From IMG/VR virus record IMGVR_UViG_3300006930_000005: a stretch of DNA of 64,000 bases; one strand, written 5' to 3'. The DNA is from an uncultured virus (IMG/VR IMGVR_UViG_3300006930_000005). Lineage: Duplodnaviria; Heunggongvirae; Uroviricota; Caudoviricetes. Of this stretch, positions 11,894 through 24,521 are shown in pieces; positions within the stretch are counted from its first letter, which is position 1; every line of letters begins with the position of its first letter. Under the pieces are notes generated by a model. The model was not told the DNA's origin, did not search any database, and worked only from the letters and a program-made list of their open reading frames with translations. The position numbers and the translations under genes were made by a program.

Positions 11894-12806
11894 TTAATCA
11901 AGTTCTATAAAATCTATTTTTACTTCTTTTACTCTATTTATATTTTCTAATAAAAAAAGTATTGTTTTTTCTATTTCTGTTAAATTATTATTTTTCTTAA
12001 CGTAATAGGAAATAGAAGAATCTTTAAATTTTATACTTATAATTTTATCTTCTTTAATTTTTTTAACAAAATCTTTTTGTTGTAGATTTTTTATTATTTC
12101 TTTATTGTATTCATGTGTTGCTTCATATAAATCATACATACTATTTCCATTATTTAGTAATTCTTTATATTCTTCTTCACTCAATGTATATGTCATGTTA
12201 ATCCTCCAATTTATTTTTATCTACCAAACTAAAAAAACCAGAATTTCTAGTTTCATTAAAAGCTCTTAACAATTCCAAATCAAAATCATTTATTTTATCA
12301 ATACTAGAATCATAAGCATATTGGATAAGAGTATTATTTTGACTATATTTTATGATTTCTAAAGTTTTATATTTATTAAATATAATATCTTTTAAACATT
12401 TTACTGCATTCTCATTGTAAATACTTTTTTTATATTCATTCTCGTTTAATATATATTGCATTTAATTACCTTCTTTCTCATTTATATCTTTAACTGTACT
12501 ATGTTCATTTTTTTCTTTATTTATATCTGTAATTCTAAGTTGACCAAAATTTAAAGTTTTTAATATTTCTAAATCAAAATCACTTATTTTATCTATATTT
12601 GAATCATAAGTATAAATATTTAATGGTAATTTAACATCTTCTTCAACATCATACCATTTAAGTTCCATTGTATCTTTCATTGTTTTATATTTTTCTTCCA
12701 TTAAATACTTTATAACTTCTCTTATTTTAAAATAATAAGGAAACTGTTCATTCCTAAATCTTAACAAACCTTCATTTTCATCAAAATTTTTATTGTATTT
12801 TACCAT
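11894..12806 (-). CDS. Three adjacent small, partly paralogous hypothetical proteins
   Basis: The first two share M-x-Y-x-L-x-E-x-EYK starts; the last two share YDSxIDKIxDFDLExL. Confidence 0.6.
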
Positions 12807-12857
12807 ATAATCCTCCTTGGATTTTAGTCATATAAAAGGAGATTTCTCTCCTCTTAA

Positions 12858-13940
12858 TTAACCTATTAAATCATCCATATCATCGTCATCATTGAAAATA
12901 TTATCATCTTCTACTATTTTTTCTTTAGCAATTTGGTCTATTGTTTTTTTAGTAGTTTTTGTTTCAACTAATGGTTGATATATTTTTTCTTCAAAATCTT
13001 TAGTAGTAAATCCACTTTCAACTCTACCATCTGCATAAGCACCGTATAAAACTGGTTCTAATAATCTAATAGCTTGTTTAGATTCTCCAATTATATCACT
13101 AGAATAATCTGCTAAAGTTTTTCTACCCATAAGAATTTCGTTTTGTTGTCTTGTGCCTAAATCTTCAAATGTAGCTTCTTTTTTTTCTGCTCCGCGTATA
13201 TATTTAAGTTTCCATTTCATTTTCATAACATCATTACTTTTAACAGTAAAGTCAGATACATTAGAATCAAATAACATTTTATGTTTTTTATTTGTCATGT
13301 CTAATTTACTTGTATTAAATTCTACTAACATAGGTAAAAATCTTTTTTCAGAAACAGCAGAAATATATTCTTCAACGTAAGCATTAATTAAAACAACATT
13401 GTTTTTATCTGTTAAATCAATACTATTCTTATCATAGAATAATTCCATATCAAGAATAAAAGAAGATTTATCTTTTTCATTCATCCATATATTTTTTACT
13501 TCAAAGTTATAATAAAAATTACCATTATATTCTGTTATTTTAACTTCGCCTGTTACTTGAACTCTTAAATCATCTGTAGCTTCAATTATAGGGGCAATAT
13601 AATCAAATAAATCAGCTCTTGTTAAGAACTCAAGTATTTCACCATCACTACCTACATTTGTTCTGTATTTAGATATATTAGATATTAAAGATAATGTTTT
13701 TTTATCATGTCTGTCTGCAAAAGGTATTTCAAGACCAGCTTTGTTATTTCTATCTTTATCAAATACTTTAATGAATTTTTCACCTGGTTTAAGACCTAAT
13801 CTTGACAAACGCATAAATGCGGTATTCATACCGTCATCAGATTTAATCATAAAATTTAAACTTTTAAAATCATTTTTCCCTACTTTTATAAGGTTTTCTT
13901 TTGGTTTTGCTATTTTTCCTGTAAATGTAAATGTATTCAT
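12858..13940 (-). CDS. Probable single-stranded DNA-binding protein
   Basis: MNTFTFTGKI start, OB-fold-like VQVTGEVKITEYNG, acidic tail DDDDMDDLIG; located in the replication module. Confidence 0.6.
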   Translation of the reverse strand: MNTFTFTGKIAKPKENLIKVGKNDFKSLNFMIKSDDGMNTAFMRLSRLGLKPGEKFIKVFDKDRNNKAGLEIPFADRHDKKTLSLISNISKYRTNVGSDGEILEFLTRADLFDYIAPIIEATDDLRVQVTGEVKITEYNGNFYYNFEVKNIWMNEKDKSSFILDMELFYDKNSIDLTDKNNVVLINAYVEEYISAVSEKRFLPMLVEFNTSKLDMTNKKHKMLFDSNVSDFTVKSNDVMKMKWKLKYIRGAEKKEATFEDLGTRQQNEILMGRKTLADYSSDIIGESKQAIRLLEPVLYGAYADGRVESGFTTKDFEEKIYQPLVETKTTKKTIDQIAKEKIVEDDNIFNDDDDMDDLIG

Positions 13941-14293
13941 TTAAATCCTCCTTATTATTCTGCTTGTTCTTGAGCCATTGCTTCAGCTTCTTCTCTTGAT
14001 TTAATCATTGATTTTAATTGATTTATTAGATTAATAAGATTAGTTGCAATACCCATGAAATTAGTATATCTAGGTGTATCTAAAAATGTTTCATCTTTTA
14101 ATAAATCCTCTTGTATTTTTTTTAATTGTTCTTCATAAAATTTTAATCTTTCTTGCATACTTTTTATTGTTTCCATTTTTCTTTTCCCCTTTCAATAATT
14201 TATGTAATCAGGGATAAACAAATTAATTCTATAATATTATTTATCCCTGTATTTACTTTGTTTATATGTAAAATAAGTGATAGATTTTTTATT

Positions 14294-14677
14294 TTACTTA
14301 ACTTTTATAGTTTTTTCTACAGGTTTCTTATATTCTATAGTTATATATAATAACCCATTTTTCATTTCACTGTCTATACTTTCTACATCTGTATTTTGAT
14401 TAACTTTAAAACGAGAATTAATAGAATACATTTGTCCTGTTATCTCATCTTTTGTTTCTCCAGATATATCTAGCATTTTATTTGAATTTTCTAATTTCAT
14501 AACAACCTTTAAATCTTCTTTATTGATACCAACTACATTATGTATAATAATAGTTTTCTCATCCTTGTTTATAATAGTATATGGTGTCATATCTTTCTCA
14601 GGTCTTCTGAAATTGTAAAATCTTCTATCAAAATCTAATAAATTTAAAAATAATAATTCATCTCTCATAATAATCAC
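14294..14677 (-). CDS. Small heat-shock protein (Hsp20/alpha-crystallin)
   Basis: VVGINKEDLKV...LDISGE...SEMKNGLLYITI pattern. Confidence 0.75.
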   Translation of the reverse strand: MIIMRDELLFLNLLDFDRRFYNFRRPEKDMTPYTIINKDEKTIIIHNVVGINKEDLKVVMKLENSNKMLDISGETKDEITGQMYSINSRFKVNQNTDVESIDSEMKNGLLYITIEYKKPVEKTIKVK

Positions 14678-14786
14678 TCCTTAATAATAATACATTAATC
14701 TATCACTTATTATTACCAATATTGTTTATTAACATAAAAATGTCTTATATATATTATATCATATTTGTAGCAAAATGTCAAGTGTT

Positions 14787-15320
14787 TTAGACAAATTTAT
14801 ATTCTTTTATGAATTCTTTACAAAATTCATTTAATTTTTCTTCACCATCAGGTAAATCAATATTAATCATTTTTTTATATTTATCTAATCCAGTTTCAGT
14901 AGCATCTTTTTGCGCTTCTTCTGTTAAAGTACTTACAAAATTTTCTCTATTTATTCTAAATACTTTTTGTTCATAATCAGTATTTTTATTCCAGTATTCA
15001 ATTTCATTTTTAAATCTACAATCAGGAATTATAACATAATCAAAATTTTGGGCAACTAGTTTTAATATAAAGTGAATCTCTTCAATCCATATATCTTCAC
15101 TAATTTTTCTAGCATTATTACCTAAATCTTGTAATAATTTTCTACCAGCATCGTCTTTAATACCATTCCAACCATAACATATTCTGGCAATCTCTTTTAT
15201 TCTATCTGCATAATGTAATATTAAAACCTTTTTACCTTCTGATTGTAAAGACATATATAATTCTCTTGCAAATGTATCTTTGCCCATACCTGCCTTGCCT
15301 GATATTTGTATTAATTGCAT
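14787..15320 (-). CDS. Deoxynucleoside monophosphate kinase
   Basis: ISGKAGMGKDT, YADRIK, GRKLLQDLG and IIPDCRFKNE. Confidence 0.8.
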   Translation of the reverse strand: MQLIQISGKAGMGKDTFARELYMSLQSEGKKVLILHYADRIKEIARICYGWNGIKDDAGRKLLQDLGNNARKISEDIWIEEIHFILKLVAQNFDYVIIPDCRFKNEIEYWNKNTDYEQKVFRINRENFVSTLTEEAQKDATETGLDKYKKMINIDLPDGEEKLNEFCKEFIKEYKFV

Positions 15321-16719
15321 ATTACTTAACCTCCTCTATAATATAATCTTCATCTGATAATTCATAATGGTCTATTTCATAGTCATCTACTATAACGTCT
15401 AATTCATATTTAAACTCTCTATCATATATTATTTCATCTAATTCTTCTCTTGAATCACATTCTACTATAGTTTCAGCATGACCACATCTTAGATGTCCTT
15501 GTACATAATCACAATTTTTACTTACTCTAAATTTCATGGTTATTTCACCTCTTTCTTTTTATCAGTTAGTACTTTATCGCTTTTCATAATCAAATCAATT
15601 ATAGGGGTATCTAAGGCTTTCAGATTTGATTCTAAAGCAGTAATATCTTTACTTAACTTCTTTTCAACATCTTTTAAATCTTTTAAAAACTCATTATAAG
15701 AATTAAAATCCTTTTCTTCTATTTTTTGTTTAATTTTCTTATTAAATAGACTTTTTAAAGCATCTGGAATATTAGAGTAATAGCCAATAGGTTCAAATTT
15801 ATCTTCGCCAAAGTTTTTACTTTTTTCTTCTTTTATTTGTGATTTTTTAACTAATATTATATTATACTTATCAGCATCTATAAAATATTCTTCATTAATT
15901 TTAACCATAGTTATTCTCCTTTTATTCTACCTTCTTCATTTAATATTCCATATGATTTCAAAACTGATATTTTACTTTCTTGTGTTTCACATATTTCTAA
16001 CTGTGCTTCTACTTCTTCTATGATATTATTTATACTTTCTAATTCAATTTTAAATGTTTGTTCTGCTGCTTCTATTTCATCTTTACTCTTTTGTGTTAAA
16101 AAATCATTTGTATTTATACTATATACTGTCACTCCATAATTTATATTTGATTCTTGTAGTTTTTTATTATAATTTTTTATACTTTCTATTATTTTATAAT
16201 ATTCTTTTAAGTTTTTATCGCCTTTTATTATTTTATCTCTGTTGTCATTATATTCTTTATTTATTCTATCTTTTTCTCTATTTTCATAAATATTTAATAT
16301 TTTCATATAATTACCTTCTTTCTTTTCTTGTTCTGAATATATCCATTCAGCTTTTTCTTCAACTTTAAATTCTTTTACTTCTTCAAATTCCCAATTTGCA
16401 ATATTATTAAAACTTTCTAACTCATAAAAACTAAAATGATAACCAATATCGTCTATTATTTCTTCATTTTTTACTTCGTATATCTTGTCTTTAGCAAAAT
16501 CATAACCTGGTTTTATACATTTTAAAATCATAAATTCACCTCTATTTCCTTTTCTTATTATCGTTTTTCTTTTTTAATTTAGGACAAAATTCTATAATAG
16601 TTTTAAAACTTTGTTTACATTCATTTTCACAATCTTCACAAAGCTCATGAAATTTTATATTATCATTTTCATCACGGTAATATTCATTTTTTTTATTCAT
16701 TGTCTACATCTTCTTTCTA

Positions 16720-17571
16720 TTATTTAATATTATAACTATGATTTTTCATAAGTTGTTCTGTTTTAGCACCTTGATTTTTAATATATAATTGTGTATTAGA
16801 AATAGCACTATGTCCTAATATATTAGATATTCCTATTAAATCTACTCCATTAGCATATAAATCTGTAGCTAAACTTCTTCTAAGACTATGCATACTTATG
16901 TTTTTATTTATATTAGCTCTAGATACAAGATTTTTTAAAGTAACATTTAAAGCTCCTATTTGCATTGGAGTGCATTTATCAGATATAAATAAGTTTTTAT
17001 AATTAGATTGTTTTCTAATAGCAATATAATCATCTAAGGCTTTTTTAGTAGTTTCATTTAAATAAACAACTCTAGATTTTCCACCTTTACCATTAACTAT
17101 CTCTAATTTGTCAACTTTATAATCTTCTAGCTTTAGATTTATTAACTCAGATACACGAATTCCTGTATTTACAGCAACCATCATTATTGCATAAGTACGT
17201 TTATTCCTTGCTTTACTAAGCATTTTAACAACTTCTCCTGCAGTTAAATAACTTTGTTGTTTAGTATCTATTTTAAGTTTCTTAATTAATGGTCTAGCTA
17301 TATTTTTAGTTATAACATCTCTTTCGATAAGATAATCACAAAATGATGCAAGAGCAGCTAATCTAACTCTTCTTGTATTTTGACTATTTCCATTTTCTTT
17401 TAAAGATAAAGACCAGTCTTCAACATCATCTATTGATAAGTTCTTAAATTCTTCTATATTATTTATGTTTTTGAATTCTAAAAACTTATTAATATTTATT
17501 TCATAATCTTGTCTTGTTCTAGGACTAATCAAACCTTTTAAAAATCTTTCTAATTCTTTCATAATACTCAC
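16720..17571 (-). CDS. Tyrosine recombinase/integrase (XerC/D-like)
   Basis: TGIRVSEL, GKGGKSR, HSLRRSLAT and LGHSAISNTQLY supply the catalytic residues. Confidence 0.92.
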   Translation of the reverse strand: MSIMKELERFLKGLISPRTRQDYEININKFLEFKNINNIEEFKNLSIDDVEDWSLSLKENGNSQNTRRVRLAALASFCDYLIERDVITKNIARPLIKKLKIDTKQQSYLTAGEVVKMLSKARNKRTYAIMMVAVNTGIRVSELINLKLEDYKVDKLEIVNGKGGKSRVVYLNETTKKALDDYIAIRKQSNYKNLFISDKCTPMQIGALNVTLKNLVSRANINKNISMHSLRRSLATDLYANGVDLIGISNILGHSAISNTQLYIKNQGAKTEQLMKNHSYNIK

Positions 17572-19807
17572 TCCTTAATTACTATAATTATATTATAACA
17601 TAAAAAGTGTTATTTGTCAAGTGTTTTGTTGAAAATAATTAATCTTCTAATATATTTTCACTTTCATCTCTAATACTAATAAATAACTTATTTCCATCTA
17701 ATCTATTCATTTGTCCCCTATTATAATCATCATGTGTCATAGATACTAAATAAGACACTTCTTTTTCATTAAAATAAACAATTCTTATTTCACAGATATC
17801 ACTTGAATCTACATCAAATTCACCACAATTATCTATATCTTTCATGTCATCATAATCATTTATTACCAATAACATTTCTTTTATTACTTCTTGTTTGTAA
17901 AACATATCTTCTATCTCTATTTCATGTGTTTCTATTTTAAATTCAGTTATATCTGAGTTATAAACTCTAAAGCAATCATTATTTAATGATATTAGCTCTA
18001 TGTAATATATTTTATTATTCATATCTTTACCCTCTTTCTATTATTTTGTATATATTTTCGTATTTATATCTTCGTAGTTATAATAATTATAATTATTTGC
18101 TTGTATAAAAGTATTAAAATTACATTCTTTTTCAATATAATCTTTGTCATTTGATGAGTATTTTATAGTATCTAAAAGTGTATTTAATCCTTCTTCAAAG
18201 AAATTTATTTCTACAACATCTTCATATATTTTTTTTAATATTAATTTTGATTCTAATAAATTCATATAACCACTCCTTTATATTTGAAATCCTTCAGGAT
18301 ATCTTGTTTCTGTATATTCTCCTTCTATGCCTAAATTATTTCTACTTTTTCCACAGTTATTACATCTCATATTAGGAATTACATTATCATGAAAGTTTCT
18401 ATCGTCATAACCTGACATTTCATATTCTTCATTACAATTTTCACAAACATAGATTGCATGAAAATCTCTTCTATATTGTCTTAACATTTCTTTTATTTTC
18501 ATTTTAAACCTCCTTTATTTTTGCAAATCTAAATTATAATCTGATATAATACTACCTTTAGGAAGATATATATCATAATAATATATATTATTATACCATT
18601 CTTTTGTTTTAAAAAATAATATATTATAACTATTAATTTTTTGCCTGTAAATTTTTATAGTGTGCATATTCTCTTTTTCATAAATATTACTTGTATTGCA
18701 ATCAAATTGCTTTAAAGTTATCTTATCATTATCTTTTATATAAGCAACGTATTGCCAATTTTCATTTATAATTCCCCTAGACATTAACGCTCCGCCAGAA
18801 AATTTTCCTTGTAAATTAGAAGTGTCATTTATTGCATATATTTCTAATGTTTCTGTATTCTCCCAAGTAATATTTTTATCATTTAAACTTGATACATATA
18901 TAATTCCTATAATCCAAATTGGAATACATATAATAATTCCAATACCAAAAAAATAATCTATAAATAAAAATTCATTTTGTTTTATATTACTTATTATAGT
19001 ACCTAAAATACCACATAAGATTATAGAGAATATAGGAAAGAAGCATACCCATATACTTAATAATTCCATATCTAAACCTCCTTATATTCTAATGTATAAA
19101 TACCATCGTCTAATTTAACATTTAAAGGGTTTTTACATTCTTTTATAACATTTTCCAATTGTTCTTTATTAAAAACAATTCCTCTATTTTTATTTTTCAA
19201 ATCTTCTATACATTCTTTAACAATATTTTGAGCATATAAACTGTAATCAATTTGTTTAACTTCTTTCATATCATTAAATACATGAAATAGCTCTGGTATT
19301 TGAAAAGATTCTATTATTCCATTATCATAAATAAGACCTACTAAATCTTCTGTTATGTAATATATTTTGCCAGATATTTCTTTTTTATATTCTCTATCTA
19401 CTTCATCTATTATATTTGTATAAGATTTTAATAAATCTCCCTTTTTATATGTTTTCCCTTTATGTTTAATTACATATTCTCCATCTTCTAATATTGCTTT
19501 ATTCATATAATTTATTCCCCTTTACATTTATTTATAAGATATTCTCTATCACAGTTTAATAATTCCATTGCTTTATTTAATAAGACGTTATCTTCGAAAT
19601 CTTCTTTTCTGCAATATTTACAACTATCTTTTATTACTTCATCATTTTCATCATATTCTGCCTTGTAACCATCTAATTCAGCGCAATCATCACAACACCA
19701 ACATGTTCCACAATTCTCACAACTAACATAATCTCCACAATCATTAAAATTTTCTTTACATCTTTGACAAGTAAAATAATCTACACTCATATTAATTCCT
19801 CCTTCTT

Positions 19808-20485
19808 TTAATCTAATCCATTATATAAACTATTGCCTACATACACATCATTTTCATTATCTTTAATCTCTTGTAATATATATAATTTCGTATCTTTACA
19901 AGGAAAATATCCATATTTAGCATATTTTAGCATACGTTCAAATGTAGAATAAGGTAAATCTATTCTATCATCTATAACTAATCTATTTTGTAATAAATGT
20001 TCAAAAAACATATCATTTACTAAGCATTTATATTCTATTTTAGTTTCAGTTTCTTCTGAAGGTGGAACATCAAATGCTATAAATAAATCCGAACCATCTA
20101 TTTCTGTACTTATTATTTCTTTATAATAGGCAAATTTAACAATTGTAAAGTCAAATGAATTAAGTATTTCTTCTGGAGTTCCATAAACATGTCTTATTAA
20201 TTCAACCACTATTCCTGTCTCACTTTCTTTATAAGCTACTACTTTTGGATTTTCATAATGAACAAAATATCTCTTCTCTCCTAAAGTATTAATATCGTTC
20301 TCAAAATAATTTAATGCTTCATTAAAATCCTTTTCATTTTCAAAAAACATATCTATATCTCTAATTTTTTCATTCTTAAATATATTTTTAAAACAACCTC
20401 CTGCTATAAACCCTTTATGTCCTATCATGTATTTATTTAACTGTTTTACTTTTTGAAACTCGTCTATATCTCTTTTTATTAACAT
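19808..20485 (-). CDS. Nucleotidyltransferase, CCA-adding/poly(A) polymerase head-like
   Basis: FIAGGCFKN...RDIDMFF...FDFTIVK. Confidence 0.7.
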   Translation of the reverse strand: MLIKRDIDEFQKVKQLNKYMIGHKGFIAGGCFKNIFKNEKIRDIDMFFENEKDFNEALNYFENDINTLGEKRYFVHYENPKVVAYKESETGIVVELIRHVYGTPEEILNSFDFTIVKFAYYKEIISTEIDGSDLFIAFDVPPSEETETKIEYKCLVNDMFFEHLLQNRLVIDDRIDLPYSTFERMLKYAKYGYFPCKDTKLYILQEIKDNENDVYVGNSLYNGLD

Positions 20486-20545
20486 TTCTTTTGACCTCCT
20501 TATTATAATATCTATTATAACACATAATTATCGATTTGTCAAGCA

Positions 20546-21451
20546 TTAATGTGCTTTTTTATCAGCAATGTTTAATTTTGTTAAATTATCCATAAATTCT
20601 GCTCCTAGTAACTTTCTATATTTCATAACAGATTTATCATTTAAGTCATGATAATGTAACATATGAAATTGTATATACTTAGCTATTTCTAAACAATCAT
20701 CAACAGTTAACATACTGTCATTATGTGTATACATTAAACTTTCATACGCTCCAACATATTCATGGTCATAATAATGTGCATTGTCAGTTGTTTCACCCTT
20801 TTTATTAACAAAAGTCTTTGTAAATCTTTTCCCAATATCATGCATAACTCCAGCTAATAATAAATTATTATTTTCTGTTAAATCCCATAATTCATGACAT
20901 GTTTGCATACAATGTTCTTTTGCTGTCAAGGTATGATTTGGATTCTCTTGGTCAAAATCAAGTGTTTCTAACATATATTCTCTTGTATATTTACTTGTGT
21001 CTCCATATACGACCTCTATTTTATCCCAACCTTCACAATACATAGGCACATTAAAGTGTCTATACATTCTTTCTATAACATATTCTGGAATAATTCTATC
21101 TCTTTTCTTATTTTGTTCAAGACATTGCTCATAAGGTGTAGCAAATAAAATTGCTATAGTTTCTATGTCTTTTATATGTTTAATTGATTTTAAAAACTCT
21201 ATACGTTTCTTAAAATTAATACTACAAGCGTCATAAGCCACATTTAAACCATTATTTAAATCTCTTTTTATTCTTTTATGTAATTCTTCAAATAACTCTT
21301 GATTCTTATCTTGTGTATCTATATTATTATATAATTCTTGTCTAAGTTTATCACTTGAATGTATTATATAACCTAAATTCTTTTCTAATTTATCTGCATA
21401 AGTGCTCTTTCCAGATGCAGGTATCCCAATTAACATTACTAATCTTCCCAT
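20546..21451 (-). CDS. Polynucleotide kinase-like P-loop domain fused to an HD domain
   Basis: MLIGIPASGKST, SSDKLR, YDACS, then H...MHDIGK...HEYVGA. The likely start is ATG at 21451, abutting the upstream stop. Confidence 0.8.
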   Translation of the reverse strand: MGRLVMLIGIPASGKSTYADKLEKNLGYIIHSSDKLRQELYNNIDTQDKNQELFEELHKRIKRDLNNGLNVAYDACSINFKKRIEFLKSIKHIKDIETIAILFATPYEQCLEQNKKRDRIIPEYVIERMYRHFNVPMYCEGWDKIEVVYGDTSKYTREYMLETLDFDQENPNHTLTAKEHCMQTCHELWDLTENNNLLLAGVMHDIGKRFTKTFVNKKGETTDNAHYYDHEYVGAYESLMYTHNDSMLTVDDCLEIAKYIQFHMLHYHDLNDKSVMKYRKLLGAEFMDNLTKLNIADKKAH

Positions 21452-23092
21452 TATTCTTTCCTCTTTTCTATTATATATTCTATTAATTTCATTTCTAAAT
21501 TTATTAGGTAAGCCGACAAATATATAATTAATATTGGATACCATAATGCAAATACTAAAATCCAATTCAAAGTTATTAAATTTAACAACTTAAATATTAT
21601 AAGTATTATTGTTATTGTTCCAATAATTTTAAATATATTATTTATAAACTTTCTCATAAATTATACCTCTATTTCTTTTGCCTCATCGCTTAAATAAATA
21701 GCTAATATGCTATTATCAAGTACTCTCATAGAATACATATAACTATTTAATATTTTAGGATTAAATATCTCATTTATTCTTTTTAACATAAGATAAGAAT
21801 TATCAAACCCATACATACCATACTCAAAAAATTCATTACCACTTGGTAAATATATTCTAATATGTGATGTATCCATCTTTTCATTTTCACTAAGATGAAT
21901 GTTATCTATGTATTCTCTAAAATTATATGTTAATAAAAATTGTTTTAATGTAATATTATACATTTTATTTTCTTTTTTACTCATATTTGCCTCCTTTACA
22001 TTTCGTATTCGCTATATATAACCATACAAGAGCAAGAATAATCATTGCAAATATAACGGACGTCTATTATTTCTTCTTCGTTTTCAAATTCTTCTAAGAA
22101 CTCATTTACTTTATCTTCTAATGTGCCCAAGTTTTGCATTTCTTTAAATATTTTTATCTTCATAATCTATTCCCCCTTCATTTCCTGTATTAGAAAATCA
22201 TATAATTTCTCTGGAGTTGATATATCAATACTCTCTCCATCTTCTTTTACACATCCTTCTGTGTATTCTGTTCCATACCATAAATCATATAACCAGTAAC
22301 ATAACCAAGAATTTTCTCTATCTTGGAATATATCCTGTAATAAATCAACCACTATATCTTCAAAATATACACCAACATGACTAACATTATTAAAGTCTGA
22401 CATTCTAGCATCTTCTGTGTTTCTATATAAATCGTTTATTTTATCTTGCATTTCATTTGTTTCTTTTAATCTATTTATTATTTTAACAAACTTTTCTTTA
22501 CTTATCATAACTATTCCTCCTCAATTCCTAATTTTTTCTATTATTTCATCTCTTTGCTCATATAAACTATTTAGACTAATATCTAAACTGTAAATTTGTC
22601 CTTCATAATCTTCTATTTTTAATTCTATATCTATTAATTCTTGTTCTAATTCTAATTTATCATCCATTATATTTCCTCCTTATCTATCTCAAATATGTTC
22701 TATTTGGACACTTATCTTCTTCTCCTCTTAAGTATTTATTGCAAAATGATATTGAACCCATGTATTCACCCATATCTAAATGTTCACATGGTGTTTCGCA
22801 GTCTATTCTTTTTGATTCTCTTGTATAATCTTCTTCTGTAAACTTTATATCTTTTAATATTTCTGTATAAATCTCATCCATTTTTTCTTTTGGTACTATC
22901 TCAGCTATTTTTCTTATAAATTTATTTCTCTCGTTTAATGTTTTTAATAATCCATTTTTGCTAAAATTAGAAATTAAACCACATTCTTCCATACCTATTG
23001 AAATTATTATATCTGGCGTTTCTTTAAAATGTTTTTCTATTTTTTCTAAATCTCTTTTTAATTGTTCTTCACTCATTATTAATTCCCTCCTT

Positions 23093-23882
23093 CTATAATA
23101 AACTTTCTATATATTCTCTATTTTGTGTAAATATTGGTATTTCTAAATCAATAACCCATCTTGGTCTTTCTGTAATTATTTGGTTTTCAAAACCACCTTT
23201 TAACACATATTTTTCTTTTATAATACAAGTTCCACGTTTTTGATATACCGGAGCATTGTTCCAGTTTAAACCTTTTTCTACAAATAACATATCCTGTATT
23301 TCATTGCAATTTTTATTTTGTAATTCTTTGTGACTGAATTCACTCCTACCAAACATTTGAATTGAATTTTTAGTAGCATCTTGTTGTCTCCAAATAAAGT
23401 AATTACAAACTTCTTCTTTAGGTAATGTAAATACTCTACTATCAAACATTGCAGTATTAAATTTTGATACATATAAATCTATTTCATCATCTATGAAGTT
23501 TTCATATTTTAAAACTGTTTCAGAAAATATTTTATTAAATATCATTGTTGTCATACTAGCACTTATTGAAACCATCTTTTGAATATTATTATCAAACCAA
23601 GCACTTGTAGTTATTTTTTCATAATCAGTTAATAATAAACTTATTTCATCAGATTGGGTATAAGCTAATTTACAACCTTGTATATTTTGACATAGGTATT
23701 GTGCTGTTTGATTCATTGTTTGTGTAAGTATATCATCAAATGGTTTATTAAAACCTTTTGTAAAAGTGTGGAATGCCTTTCCGGTCAATTCTTATAATTA
23801 CTGGTGTTCTTCTTATTAAGAAGTTTTTATTTACTTTTTCGTAAGTTTTCATTCTTATTCCTAAATCATCATTTTTTTTCAT
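23093..23882 (-). CDS. Thg1-like tRNA(His) guanylyltransferase / 3'-5' polymerase; CGGA +1 shift at 23780-23783
   Basis: MKKNDDLGIRMKTYE...PVIIRID-G-KAFHTFT...YTQSDEISL...FDSR...WRQQDATKNS. Confidence 0.92.
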
Positions 23883-24094
23883 AATTATTCCTCCTTTACA
23901 TATTTAATATAACTTCCACAATATGGACAGTAATTCCATTTAAATTGACTTGGTATTATATTTAATATGCTTTCACACATTGAGCATGCATGATATATTT
24001 CTCCTGATTTATCTTTATGTTTAGTAATTTCACATCTATATCCTATATTTTTACTATTATATATTTGTTTTATATTTTCCATAATTAATCTCCT

Positions 24095-24521
24095 TTATAA
24101 AATACAAACTACTATTTCTATATCTAAATGTTCAAATTCTTCTTTTATCATTTCTCTTACTCTACCCCAAGATAATCCATCTAACCCACAGCCTATTTTA
24201 GGCATTGCTAAATATCTAATATTCCACACGTTGCATTGGCAAGCCATTTCTCTTAAACATTCTCTTAAAACTATATACATGGGTTTCCCAGAATATACTC
24301 TTTTTGTAAACAAATTAAATATACCATGATATAATATTACACTTCCTGGAGTTCTAAATATTACACTCCTTGACAATAATTCACTTTTCAAATGAAACTT
24401 CTTATTAAAATCCCAAGCTATACCCTTTCCGCATATTACAATCAGTTGATATACAATGTGCAAAGTAATATTGTCCTTTATCTAATTCAAATATATTTTT
24501 ATGTATTTCTTTATAAATCAT
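24095..24521 (-). CDS. Macro domain protein (ADP-ribose hydrolase); CGGA +1 shift at 24428-24431
   Basis: FAHCISTDCNM-G-KGIAWDF...IFNLFTK...LAMPKIGCGLDGLSW. Confidence 0.9.

Noticed and set aside
21452..21565. N-terminal extension of the kinase-HD ORF
   Set aside because: It overlaps the upstream gene; ATG 21451 has a GAGGA RBS and begins directly with the P-loop strand.
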